Positions 24,417 through 37,800 of a stretch of DNA of 49,480 bases are shown here, in pieces. Each line of letters starts with the position of its first letter. Positions within the stretch are counted from its first letter, which is position 1. The stretch spans positions 1 through 49,480 of the forward strand of contig KZ538755.1 of NCBI GenBank assembly GCA_000934665.2, read 5' to 3'. Position numbers and translations under genes: made by a program. The stretch comes from Catajapyx aquilonaris (lineage: Eukaryota). Below the pieces are notes generated by a model, which worked only from the letters and a program-made list of their open reading frames with translations, was not told the DNA's origin and ran no database searches.

Positions 24417-27400
24417 AATACAAGGATTTTTCCCACGGCAAATGCTACAGTTACAAAAATATTTGTGCCTCACCCACCAGGGTCCATATAGCTCGGAACC
24501 GGAACTTCTGACTCTGGGAAGCTGGAAACGCGAATACCACCAATGGACGCGACGGTCCGTTTTATTGTACGTAGAAGCGCGAACATTTTTTTTTTCCAAT
24601 GATAATTCTGGGCGAAAGTGCCGATGTAGTGTGGTCCATTAACGCACGAGGGTCCAGTGAGTGGTCCCCAATTGTCCAAATATTGGAACTAGACCTCTGC
24701 TAATGATACGGGTCAATCGGCTGCAGCATTGTTGATTGTGCAAACTACGTGCCAATGCGATGTCCAACTGCACTCAAGTTCCAAATTTGAGTCGCACGCA
24801 CTATATAAAAAAAGCACCCCCTCGTCAAAAATGGTGTTCAACATGGCGTGAAATTATTCCGCACTAGTAGTCTGGCTTCCAGAATAAATATCCTCTCGAC
24901 TCTCAATTCCAGCAGCTCTCTCCCCGACTTGATGATAAGTGAACCTATCCAGGAATAATTGCCGGCTCTGAATGACAAGCAGTTACCGGTGCAATTCACA
25001 GCATGATTTCCTTTCAGCACTTGCGGCAAGGATGGTGACAAAAAAAGAGAGAAAAGCAATCCGGAATGAGGGAAGCTCTAGTGCAGGGTCTAGTCGTTGT
25101 GTGTGATCCATCCATCTCAACCTCCCTTCCCTCCTGAAAGGGGACCCCGGATAGATGAGGGCCCGGGGACAAACGAGCGTGGATATATCTTCTGCGCCGC
25201 ATTCTCCGACAAAAGGAGCCAGTGGCGCCCAGGGAAAGAAATATAGAAAGACTGCTGAGAAAATAGGAAATGTAAGATCGCGACCTGAGAGGCGCCACCT
25301 AAGTGTGCGTTTTCAAAGTGCCAACATGCAAAATTGCCTTTCCCTGGCCTATGCGTACTTGACTGCCTGGGAAATTGCGCCTCTGGTTCTATGGAAGAGA
25401 ATCCGGGCTCAAACTGCTGTTGCACCTGCGTGAGATAAGCAGTTTGTAGCTGGTCCACAACAGGGACAAATCGTATCAGCCGTCTGCGAGACTTGATCGC
25501 ACCCAGGGACCAACACTTTTTATGATTAAATACTAAGTAAGGGAATTGTAGCCTATAATCCAGGAGAGCTTTCTTTGTCCGCATGTGATTATTCGGTGCA
25601 AATTGAATGTTGGCTGGCAAATAGGTCTGGCTCTCTGTGGAGTGGGTGCGTCTCCGCTTCCCGCAACAAAGCTAGGTTCCTGCGTATGACTGTCAACTTG
25701 CAGCTCGGCTTAAAATATGGTAAAGAGGATGCAAATGAGGGGAATTTGAAATCTTAATGTGGTTGAGAAGTCATTGCGAGAGACGTGCCTTGTGATGCTA
25801 TGCCGTGCCCATTACAAATGCTAATGAGGATCCCAGCTTCTATGCGCCTCCATGAGAGCCTTTTGTGTCCCCGGCAATATTTCCTCAACAGCACGTTCCC
25901 ATTCGTCCTCATCGTCGAATCCAACTAATTTTTTTTTACACCCCCACCTCATTTTAGCAACAATCTGTCAGACGTCATTTTTGAAAGCTCGTTCCCTGGG
26001 AATTTGCACGCCCTATCTGCAACAAGCGGCGGGGTAACGTAGGATAAGGCTGGTTGTTCCCCAGCGTGACTCCAACTTTGCTGGAGCCAATCAAATCCGT
26101 TTCCTAATCTTTACGACACCGGCCTTGTTACTCGGCAGCCATAATGAGCGGCGATTGTCACTTTGCGTTATCACTACGTAAATAATCCTAGGCCTAGCTC
26201 ACCCACTGTTAAGCCTAATTGCACGTTGCAGACCGGACGTGTAATTACCACCTGAGCAATGCAGGATATTACTGCCTGATTATAAAGGGCGTGCGCTTTC
26301 GCCCAACTTCCTAAAGCTGCTCCGGAGCAATTTTACTACACTGCCAGCGCTTTAAATGCACTCGGGAGGGAAATATGGGGCTGCAGATTCCAGCAGCCAG
26401 CGGAAACATCCCCGAAGAACATGCAGCTAATCATCGATTAAAGCCGGCGGCCTAGGCAAACACACACAAGGGTATATGTACGTGTAGGTCGGCGCTCGCT
26501 CGGCACGTGTCATGTGCAGCAAAGGCCCGCATCAACTTGGCTTCGGCTGCCCTATCCGCCTTTCACGACTGCACATCACGTACTGCACTCTACTCTCTAA
26601 TGTGAGCGCGGTGCGGTATCGGAAAAGGGACTGGACACACTCATCCAACCAAATGTAAAATAATTCTTCAAGGGACATTGCACATGCCTTAATGCATACT
26701 TTATTACCAGTTGACATTGCACCCGGCTATTCAGAAAGCCCTGGGCTCATGGCACCAGGGCTATTACGACCTTCTTTCATTACCATCTAAATATGGGGGA
26801 GTTGGCCGGGCACTAACGTCGTGATTGGATGCACATCACCGTTCAAGCAGGCCGATGCGATGGTCGGGTTTGCACATCCTGCAATATAATTGCATCAAAC
26901 TCCAGCCTTTCAGCACCCACGGTCATAAGCATCGGATAATAATGACCGTTTTACACCATGATAGGGCTCAGCCTTATTGGGATTTTTGTCACTGCTAAGT
27001 GCTGCCATAAGCGATCGAATGCAAGGGGCCTCATCGACCCAAAGTGATTCCAGTAATGTGCAATGACGGTGCATTTAGTGCTGAAAAGTTCCGTGTAGTA
27101 TACAATCACGTTGACCTGTTATGCCTATAACATCTATTGGATGAGTAGGTGTACGGATAGTTAAGTTATAATGTATTCACACACTCACTGTCAGAGTAGT
27201 ACTGGCATCATCGGTCTGTAATTGTTAAAAGCTATTATTTCCCATTGTGACGTAAGTGCTATTCTGATTGAAACTAATGTAGCTGTGCACTGTAGTAACA
27301 GATTATAAATATGAATCGATATTCCAAAAAGAAAACTGCATTCAAAAGAGTGTAAATTATAATTAATACAAAAATTAATGGAGTATAAGACTGTCTTCAT

Positions 27401-30400
27401 GTGGCTAATAATCGTTTTATAAATCACATTTGAACACATTATCACGCAAGAAAACTTAAGTTCTGAATAAAACCTACGCTAAAAAACTTCTCTCGAATGT
27501 AAAACACAGTCTATCCTTACCCAACGACGTTATCAAACCTGACTTCACCTTGGGTGCCCAAATTGCAGGCGCCACTTTGTCTCAAGCACTTTTGATAAAG
27601 TGGACCAGAAATGGCGAGTCCTGGCGTTAGCAATTACATATTCTGCTTTCAGTATCGCCTGCAAAATTTGAAGAGTTAATTTGATCCCCTTGGACGTTAT
27701 CTGGCTCTGGCCACCAGCACGTGTAGATTATCTCGTCAGCTCTTTCTGACAATGGAGATTACTCCGCGCCCAGTCACGTACTTACTTTCTGGAAGCATCG
27801 GACTTGACATGCCCAATACCTCACACTCCGTGCTAAACTGTATTACCATAGCGAACACGTTTCCCCTGGCCGGATACTAATTAGAAAAATGAAGCAGCAA
27901 AACGCTGTGTCAACAATTATCTGACTTGTTCCAGTGCGGTGGTATAGTCTGGGGAATGTAGCACGCACTTGTTTATCATCAGTCTGCGTGGATTCATGCT
28001 CACGACACGGCATTGCCCTTTTTGATCCTGTCATTGCTGGTGGAATGAGTAGAAAAATCAGCCAGATTTCTGATGTATTATGAACGTACCCAATGGCTAT
28101 ATAGCGAGTACCAAATGTAAACATTTAAATTATTTTAACCTAAAATGGATCCCACAATTCCCGATTCCATCCCCTGAAAAAGCTTGGGCAAACCAAATCC
28201 ACAGAATTCCTCCTGCACACCCATTCTTCTTACATTATCAAGTGTCCCGGGTTTTAATGATGAATCGCACCTAACGACCAAAACGTGGTTGAAATTCAAT
28301 TCTCTTCACAGTAGAGCACACCTTATTTCCCCCCTGCTAGTAACGAGCCTCTCCAGTCCAAAAAGCAGCTGTGGACCTTTGCAAATCCCTTACCGATGAC
28401 TTCCCTCAGCAGTAACCCCCTGCATCAGTCTTCGGTCAATGATATATCCGCAACATCCAGGTCTGGTAGGATCTCGGGAGAAAAGCGGGTCAGGCCGCAC
28501 ATCCCGCCTCAATTTCCACTGCCTTATAAACCGTCAGCCCTTCTGCTGGGGCCTGGGAGCCGAGGGAGAGCGCCGCAGCCATTACATCCTTCTCCTCGAC
28601 TCTAACTAATGAGTAATATTGCAGCCACGACTCTCCGGGGGCATGTCCCCGTGGAAATTCACCCTCCTGCTGCTCAATTTCCCACTTCTTTAGTGCACTG
28701 AGACCTCCCGGAACTTCGGTCACCGTATGGGTAGTTAGCACTAATCCAGTGGGAATAAGGAAACTAGAAGAAGACCCTTTTCCGATCCGAGTACCAGTGT
28801 GTGCTTACAAGGGAGCAGCCAGCTTACAGGGAAGCATTGCGATACTATCGATACCTGCAACATACCGTATGTGAAATTTCCACTCTATGGAAATTTCATT
28901 GGCATTGAGTTTAATTCCCGCTGATACAATCGGCTCTTGGACGGCATATGCTCATAGTACAAAGTTTTACAAACATGTTGCCTCTATCATATAGCATAAT
29001 GCTAACGTATTCATCACAAATTAACTGTCCGGGACAAAAAAAAAAACGCAGGCATTTCCCTCTTAACTAATTGGCGCCGAAGGTGGTTTGTGGCCATTTA
29101 TTAACGTTCAACTATGTCAAAGGCCATAAAAATTAGTAGCTCCCTGCTTTTAATTTATTGCGAAACACCGAACGATCACATCCACCATGGGCTCTAAAAG
29201 TAATCGAAAAATACGTGGCAAAAATACACATAGTTGGAGTATGTTATAGGCTTCTATATAGGTGTTTACAAGGAGTGTGGCCCTGTTCTGCCTGTCATTA
29301 CCCACTCTTGATTGAACATAGGCCTATACATTGCGCCGAGTATAGGCCTATTTGTAAACTCAATTTGGGTTGGACTGTCGGCTCAATTTCTACCACCGTC
29401 AGGTCCAAGATTTCACACAATTTCATCCTTATAAGCGCTCGAAGAACTAGAAATGCAGCGCATATTGACTGCTAGAAATAGTAAACAACAATAACTTTTC
29501 CACTTATTAACTTCGGATGTGAGATTGTAAGTATTCCATCATAATGTGGAACAAGCAATTAAAACTTCGCGATTTTTCCCCAGATTTTTGTAGTCAGTTG
29601 TGGTGCTTCTAGGCAATCGAGCGACATGTTATGCAGCCTTTCTATACGGATGGTGCCCAATAACTATAGGCGGCAAAAAAGAGCGATATTTCGGGCTGGT
29701 GGATTGAGCGCGGAAAGATTAGGATAGGAAATCTATATGTGCTGTGCCAAAAACACATTTTTATAGCAGGATTGTCAATAGCAATTATTAACCTGTGACA
29801 GCTGTGTATTTTCACATGGCGATATTATAATGCTTGCTGACTCGTGTGTATTATAAACGCATTAGTTGATGATGGCCACAGAGGGGGATTTTATATGCAT
29901 ACCGGTTTTATGTATTGATTTGACCTTTTTGATTCTAGTCGCCATTGCTGCACTGAACTTTTCCACGAAATATCCTTATCTGCACCAGCCAGTTTGGAGG
30001 ATCTTCTCGCTCAAAAAATTTCTTCCGCTATTTTCGCTCCGATTCACCCAAAATCTCCTCTTCCAAAAAATTTAAGCTCATAGGCATTAGGACCCCTCCC
30101 CACCCAAAAACCCTGCAAGCCACGAGCTGAATTCCACATATTTTAAATGGCAGGGTCCATTTCTAGGTTTCCCAGTGCGCTTGATGGGCGCTGAATTAAA
30201 AATGAGCCCGGGTAAATTTTATTTTCGTGAGCGGCTGGAGCTGGTGGTCCCCCGGTTTTTGTGATGAAAAATTGAGTGTGTACACCGTCAACGTGAGAAT
30301 GCAGGTAAAACACAGTTGCATGCAGAGCTTGCTGGGACAGCAAACTCCGATAGAAACGAATCACTCATGCGTTCCAATTAACGTTTAATGACCGCCCGCA

Positions 30401-31799
30401 ACTTCGGTAACGTAGAGAGTCACGTGGATGTCGCGTGGAAACTCAAACGTGGGAAATGCATTAATGATGCAGCCCTAATTAAAGGATCGAGAAAAGGTAC
30501 ACACTTGTTGAACAAAGGTTACGGATACTCCACTTTGTGATGTGAAAAGCCAATTCATGCGGCTTTTGCATTTTGGAAATGCATGAACCGCGACTGGAGG
30601 TCACCCACCACTTTCTGGATAACTGCCCAAAAATAGCAATAATTCAATAGCAATTAAGTGGCGCAGTCCCACCGCGGCGATAATTGTGCCAAGCAGAACA
30701 AGGCAATAAGTGAGAATCGAGGGTAGACTCTAAAGCACCTCAAGTTGGGCATGGTTTCTCTTGGGGAAGACATCATCTGGAAGCGACTCACGTTTAAATA
30801 TTGCCCCTGGCCCCTGGCCGCGCTTTCACAGCATGTGCTAGCCAGAGAAGTGCTCGGCTCAAGTGTTCCTGCAGTCTTCCTGAAGGCTCAGGGAAAAAGG
30901 TGGCAGTATATGGAAGATCGGAGTTGGGCAACCTACACGGTTTCTGCTGGTTTTTTGTTTTTAAGTATTTTTCGCTTCCAATAGTCGAGAAGTAGGTGCC
31001 TTTCCCACGGTAGAACATCATGAGCGTTTACCAAATAGGTTGCACCACGTTACAGTTCTTGTGAATGCGACAGCTGCTCCTAACTTGATAACAGCTGTCC
31101 TATTCACTGGAACACGCATTTTATACAGTGCCTCTTCTTTTTCAGAGATGGAAGTGCTGATATACTGTACGTTTAAAGCTCTGCTAACTTTGTATACAGT
31201 CAAGTGCACAGGTATTTTTTTGCGTTATGAATTATTTATGAAATGTACACCCAAATCGTGCGACTATTTTTATTCTAGCCTCTTTCAACAAACTTTGCTT
31301 ACGCTAAAATTAGCACATTTTTGTCAGCGTTATCCCGTAATTCCTCCCATATACGAGTATTTCTGAACATGGGCGGTTTCAGCCTGCAACCATATATAAT
31401 GTAAGCTGCATTGTGAATGTGCACCGGATGTGATTTCTCATCCTTTGAGGCTGTAAGAGGACGTCTATTGTGATGCTGAACGTGTTGTGACAGGATCAAA
31501 TCCTATCGCCTTCAAAAAGGCTAAAACCTTGTACAGGCTGGGACCCTAAGATTTCACATGTAAACCTGCCTTTTTATGTCATGGAGTCTACGTGGAAATG
31601 AAAAATGGATACAGTATAATACAATAGAATGACGCTATGCGATACATTATGCGTTTCACCTGGTACAGTACCCCATACCCTTATGTCATCAGACAACACT
31701 GTGTGTATGTCACAGAGACTCTGATCTCAGAGGAAAGTTTTCATATCAGCAAGAGCGACTTTTCTTTTAGTCTGCTGTTCATGCAGTATTCAGCAAGAT

Positions 31800-31819
31800 A
31801 ACAACAACAACAACAACAA
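31800..31819. repeat. (AAC)6 microsatellite
   Basis: AACAACAACAACAACAACAA. Confidence 0.85.
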
Positions 31820-34800
31820 ACGACATTCAAAAACCATACCGGTAAAAGTCCCAAATTATTTTGAAACTCTAAACTTATGACATAAACTGATGAGACTTCA
31901 AACTTTGAAACTAGCTGGGGGTCATGTAAACGAGGCTGAGACCCTCACCTCAACAATGGATGCATTGTCTACCTGTGTTTGACGCCTCCCACAGCCTTGC
32001 CTTATTATGCTGTTGGATGTGGCTGTAACCAAGGAGAAGAATCTCACCATTCTTTATGTAGCATTTTCAGACGCGTGGAACTCTAATAAGAGTTTCGAGC
32101 ACGAATTTAACCGCATGAATGCGGGAGTAATAAGCTTGGCCTTTCTCGCAAAAGAAAAAGAAAGACGTTCGCTATTTGAACATTGTCTCCACGCAAAAAT
32201 CTCAACTCTTTAAAAAATCTATAGGTAGTTTAATCTCTACTTCAAAAGCATACTAGCTTGCATTGAGCAATCGCCTACAATGGCACGGCATTCGGGGTAA
32301 ATATGATTCTTCCAGTCATATTTTTTTGCTGGCAGCCTTCTAGCGGCGTAATTAAGGCAGACGATTGTTAAGACACTGCAGAGTACGTCGTAAACTTTTA
32401 TAGGACGACACTGGCAGCCCAAAAAAGGAAAAATAAGGGCAATAAACTGGGGCTTTCTATTTTCCTCCCCGATTCTAAAATTTTCGGTACGCTGCACCAT
32501 CAAGCTGTAAGAACAATGTAACGTTTTTGTTCTATCGTGTTTGTGGTTTAGTACATTTTGTGCATGTAATTATTAGCAATATAACGCGAGCCCGGTTTAC
32601 CATTGAATCGGAAAAAAACAACATGCGGTTGCTCAGTATACCCAGTAATGCCCAGCAGGCACTAGCTACTTTCTTGTTTTGCGAAAACCATGTTTTAGTA
32701 TTATTATCATTATTGCGCCTACAGTAGCACAGGAGTCTCCTGTGCAGAGCGAAAATTCAGGGAACGAGAACCCTGAACGTTTAATATAGAGCTGTAGCTA
32801 TTATTTATTCACAGGCATGGAACAGGCAAGTCAGAATTGCATTAAAAGTTTTAAAGTATTAGTACGTATACTATTATATAGCTAGGTTAGAAACTACGGA
32901 CCGATGCTGATCATGTTCTTCCCATCTGTGACGTAGAACAAGACTGACTGCTGTGCCCCCAATGAAGTTTCCGATAATTTAACAAACTGTCGAAAGACGT
33001 ATCCCCACCGCCACCCTGCCACCACTATCCCAAACCGTGGTAACTTTCCCAGGAAAACCCAGCGGCGATTCACAAAGTTTGGTTCCTGGACAAACTTGGT
33101 CCCCCCTCTCTTTTGATTTGAAATTGAATGAAGCGACTCCTTCCAGACGCCAAAGAGTTCATCATCTTTCCCTTTGAAGTTGTTTTTCAAGATTCAAAGA
33201 GGTTACAAATTAACTTTAGTCCTCGGGAGCTGCCATTGCCCCCTAGACGGCAGCTCTCAATGGGACTGGATTAAATTAAAACCAAACTATCTCCAAACTG
33301 CCACTAGTGAAAATTTAAAACCACAAAGTTTACAACAGAGTCAACAGATAATATCTTTATACACAATGCTGCATAATAATACCACATTGTACTTATAATT
33401 TTAAAAAATAGCACCACTGACTCCTTCTCAGTGGGTTTGAGTAAGGATAATCAACCTAAATATCAAGACTTGTGTTTATGATTACCTCAACTTCATACGG
33501 AACTTTTGCATCGAGTTAATAAAAGCTGATAAGGGCCTATATAAATATAATTTTCAATGAGGAATACCACTCTCCACCAAGCTTGATCATTTTCAAATTT
33601 ATTAGTCCATAATATTTTATTTAATGGTTTTATTTTTCCAAAGCCAATAAAGTATTTCCTACGTTAATTAAATTTTTGTGCATCTGAGTGTGTCATAGCA
33701 CAAGAATACGGACCAACATTTTAAGCAAAGGTGCATCTAAATACCAAGTGGTGAAATTTTAAATAATGTAAATTCGAGGTTATTCCCTGCAACCTTCTCA
33801 AGGTAAAGACAGAGTAATAGAAGTACAGTACTGTAGTTAGACAACCCAATTGTGTTTTGAATCACAATGCTTATTGAACTTTTATTCCAATAAAAATGAA
33901 GGCCTAACAAAAAGTCAATAACCATCAAGTGCACTGCTATGATTTAAACTGAAATGAAAAACTCCCCATTCTCATACAGCATGGCAACTTTGATTGAATT
34001 ACGAGCATTGCTTTTGCAAGCAACTTAAAGATTCAATTACCGCGTCATTCTTAACCGAGGAAATTATAGTCAAGAAAATGAAGGTAAATTACTTCGCAAA
34101 TGAAATCTTTGAGCCCTAAGACTTTGTCGTGTAAGCCCCATGCATGTCACTAACCCTTGCCTCTGCATTTGAGTCGATGATAAAGACTTCCGGAGAGAGA
34201 AAAGGAGAAACGGCACAAATCAAAGCATCACGTCTTTGTTCGGGAATGAAACTTGGACGTCAGTTCCCAACAAGAGGTAAAACTGGAAATTGCTTCTTGG
34301 TAGCCAACCGGAAATCGTTTCCACGTCCGGAACACTTCTACTCCCGGGCCTCAGAGCCTTGGGTGGATTTTTTTTGATCCCCCCTCCCTCTCCCACCCTT
34401 CTCAGACTCCACCTCTCCATCTCCAAAGTTCTACTCGTATAGCTTTACTTTCTTCGAGTAAAACTACCGAACAAGTTGCTCGATATTTGCTTCCTATTTT
34501 ACGTGGTTTACTTGCCCCCTCAGATTTCCAGATATGGGGCTCATTTTAAGCCAGTAATTGAGGGCTTGACAAAAAAAAACTCTGTAGCTCAAATAATGAT
34601 TTGAAGTAATAACTGAAACCAGCAAGCCCCATCTTTAGTGAAATCTTCAGTTAACGCTTTTGAGAAGCGAAATGAGCCAAAAGTCATTACGTATACCTTT
34701 CTGTACATTTTTGAACATTATACCGTACCTTGTGGACTAGCTTTTTATTTATACTCACTTCCTCGTTTATACGCTTAAGAGTATAACGATAACCTTATCT

Positions 34801-37800
34801 GTGGCTTCGTACGTCAATATTGTCATTAGGTTTCTCATTTTATAGAACCCTGGGAAGATTTTCAGAATTATTCAGAATCCGTAAAACGATATTAGCAGAG
34901 CAAATGAAAATATTTGGGCAAAATCCCAAGAGATTGTAAACGTTGAAAAATCTAGTTTCAAAATATTATTTCGAGTCAAAGAAAGCTACGGAAGTATAAA
35001 AGTCGGGGGGGGGGGGACAGACAGTAGGAGACAATCTTATATTTCTCAGAGTGTACTGTAATATATGCGTTGTTATCTTCCGGTGTTTTCTTTGTTTTCA
35101 CTTCACGTTGCAGGGATATGCTCGGAGTGGGAGCCATTATATCAGGTAAAAGTAACTTCCGTGTCCTGGAAATGCGCGCACCATTCTTCCACAGATTGCT
35201 CCTCCAGCGTTCCTCTCCTGGAATAATTTATGCATGAGGCTTCGCAACTGTATGACTCGGAGCAATTGTTAAATTCCCCTTATTGCCATTTCTCAAATAG
35301 TCGCTTTGTGAAATTAGGAGCGTCCAGAATTCCATGCCAAATTAAAAGAATTGTGAGAGAGAAGGCTGTGCAATAGCACGCTGATCGATTCGAGTGGTCC
35401 ATTGTGCTCGAGGAAAAAAGGAAAATCCCTGACAAAGGGAATCAATTGAAACGTGATGACGTCCATCAAGTCGAAGGCTGAGATAATCATTCAGAAAGAA
35501 ATTGAAATCTATTAGCTACAGTTCAGTTATAACCTTGCCATGCTACCTGATATTTATTCGGGTGTAAAGGACCAAATTGATAGTTGCATATGATCCAAGA
35601 TCTCTTCAGTTCTTTCTTTAGTTACGCAAAAGCTATATATTACTACGAGCTTATCAGACGAGGAAATATCATCAGATCAAGGCACCGAAATCAAATTACA
35701 AGTTCATTACGCATCGCGTAGACAAACTTCGATTCCCAATATTTGAACACTAGTGGATACTTTCATTTTGTCAAACCTGATTAGCTACGTTAATAGGTAT
35801 TTAAAGGCTGTTAACACGATCACATTTCTGTTACGCCTGCAAAATATATTATCTGAAAAATTATATCTGCAAATAATTACTCTACACAAAAGTAGCACAA
35901 ATACAATAATTGAGCCATTAACCATAACTGTGCTCTCACAAGGTGCTTTCCAACGTCACGTATATTCTTAATTTGACGCCTGTACGGACAAAATAAAATT
36001 TCAATTTCGCGACTTTATTTTGTCCATTAGGCAATTTTGAACCTGTGAACCTACGTCGTATAGGTAGTGTACCAAACAAGGACACTTTTCTGGTTTTGTA
36101 GAAATATTAGATCCAGAGTATACTGTGTATATGTTAATAAAATTTTATTCAAATTTGCAAAAAGGAAAATTTAGTAATAGACATAAATGGCAATTATAAT
36201 ATCCTCACTAGGATAGTCACGCCACAAGACGTAAGCCATAAGAGCACTTTACAGAAGCACGCGGCCAACAGGCACTTGTGCCCCTGTCAAGTATGCTTCG
36301 CGGTGGACAAGAGAGGCGCATAGGTTAGCGTTATCCAGGATGAACGTACCCAAAGAACCTATCACTTGAATCCCCGTGAATTTTTCAGTGAATGTCTGAC
36401 GGAAGAAGACCTATCATTTCGCCATTTATAAATGATTTGACAGGTGCCAATAGTCAAACGCAGCGGCGCAGTCCATATAAGTTGTATAATAATATGGAAA
36501 TTTTCGACATAGACAACAACCGGCTCTTGCTGAATAACCAATAGCAGTATTTCAATAAAAAATCCCCCCAAAAAGGCACAAACACCCAGAAGGCAGGTCA
36601 ATGTATCTGCCGCCTGCCATGCAATTACCTGGACTTTTCCAGCTTGACACAAAAACAGTAATAAACAGTTGACAGGACATGAGACAGCAATAAAAATTCC
36701 CCCTCTGACAGGATCATGTTTGGCGCTATTCTCCGGCCGGATCTTGCCAGTTCTAAAATGAAATTCCGGACCAGAAAAGGGCACCATCCTCCCCCTTTTC
36801 TCCCCGTCATCCACCTTCCCCCTCCCCGCTTTTCACGCAACTTGCCGCAAACAAGCGAAAGACGACACAGACTAGCGAGAATGGCTCGACGAGTGACAAA
36901 ATTACAGCCTGTTAAAACACGCCTAGTCAGGCATTTGGGTCGAACCCACCGCCCGCCATCATTGTTAATGATTAGTCAAGTCTTCATGACGGATAAATGG
37001 GACTGTGGGACCATTTCTATCAGAGTAGTTGAAACGTTCCAACCGCTTCGTTTTCCAATAATCTCTCTTTTCCCCCGCCCATGTCCCTGTCCCTTATACC
37101 TCCGGAGTGTAATCTGCAAAACGGAACACGCTGGTCATACAAAAGAGCCGACGGCATGGAAGTTGTCTCCCCCACGCCATTTTCCACAGGGAGAGGCGCT
37201 CGGAGTGTGTGGGTTCAAGGGGTGGTGGATGGGTGGCCGCGGTGAGGAGGAGGTTATGAAATCTCATATCCTGTCACGACCCGCTGTGTTCCGGAAACCG
37301 AAAATGAATAATTCACGCCGCCCTGAAATAAAACGAGAGGTGTGTGAGGGAGGGGGGGGGATAGAGAGAGAGAGAGCTGTTTCCTCATGACGACGGGGCT
37401 TCACCGCCAACCGGAACAGATCGAAAATTGCCATCAATTAGCTGGGGCTACGGATTGGCAAATTCCACCGACCCACCATCCGTCTATGCCAGGTGCTCAT
37501 AATGACGCAATTTCCCTGCTCAGTGCAGCATTGCTCCTCTGTCACTCACCATTTTCATCATCAGGTTTGGGTTTTTATTTCATCAAATTTCATTGCGGGG
37601 AATTGTTCAGGCTGGCCGATGCAACCAATTTCCCACGAGTGTTATCCGAGAGCTGGCCCCTCTGATCCCACTATTAAAAGGACAAGATTGGTACGTCATA
37701 AATAATTACGAAATTACTCTCGTTTTAACCTTTGTTTCAAAGCCGACAATGCATTTGTGGTGTGTAATTACTACACAATAATATTCATTAGTTGATCTAA

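Noticed and set aside
24038..24511. 157-aa ORF
   Set aside because: It lies across the nested SINEs and their tails and is an artefact of repeat sequence.
26965..26977. GGCTCAGCCTTAT identical to the SINE-A 3' hairpin
   Set aside because: It is a 13-nt match without tail, TSD or further homology, and is probably chance.
36716..37390. Longest ORF in the track (224 aa)
   Set aside because: It has no recognisable domain, and its Pro/Arg/Gly content derives from C-runs, G-runs and a GA repeat. It is consistent with a chance ORF in GC-richer non-coding DNA.
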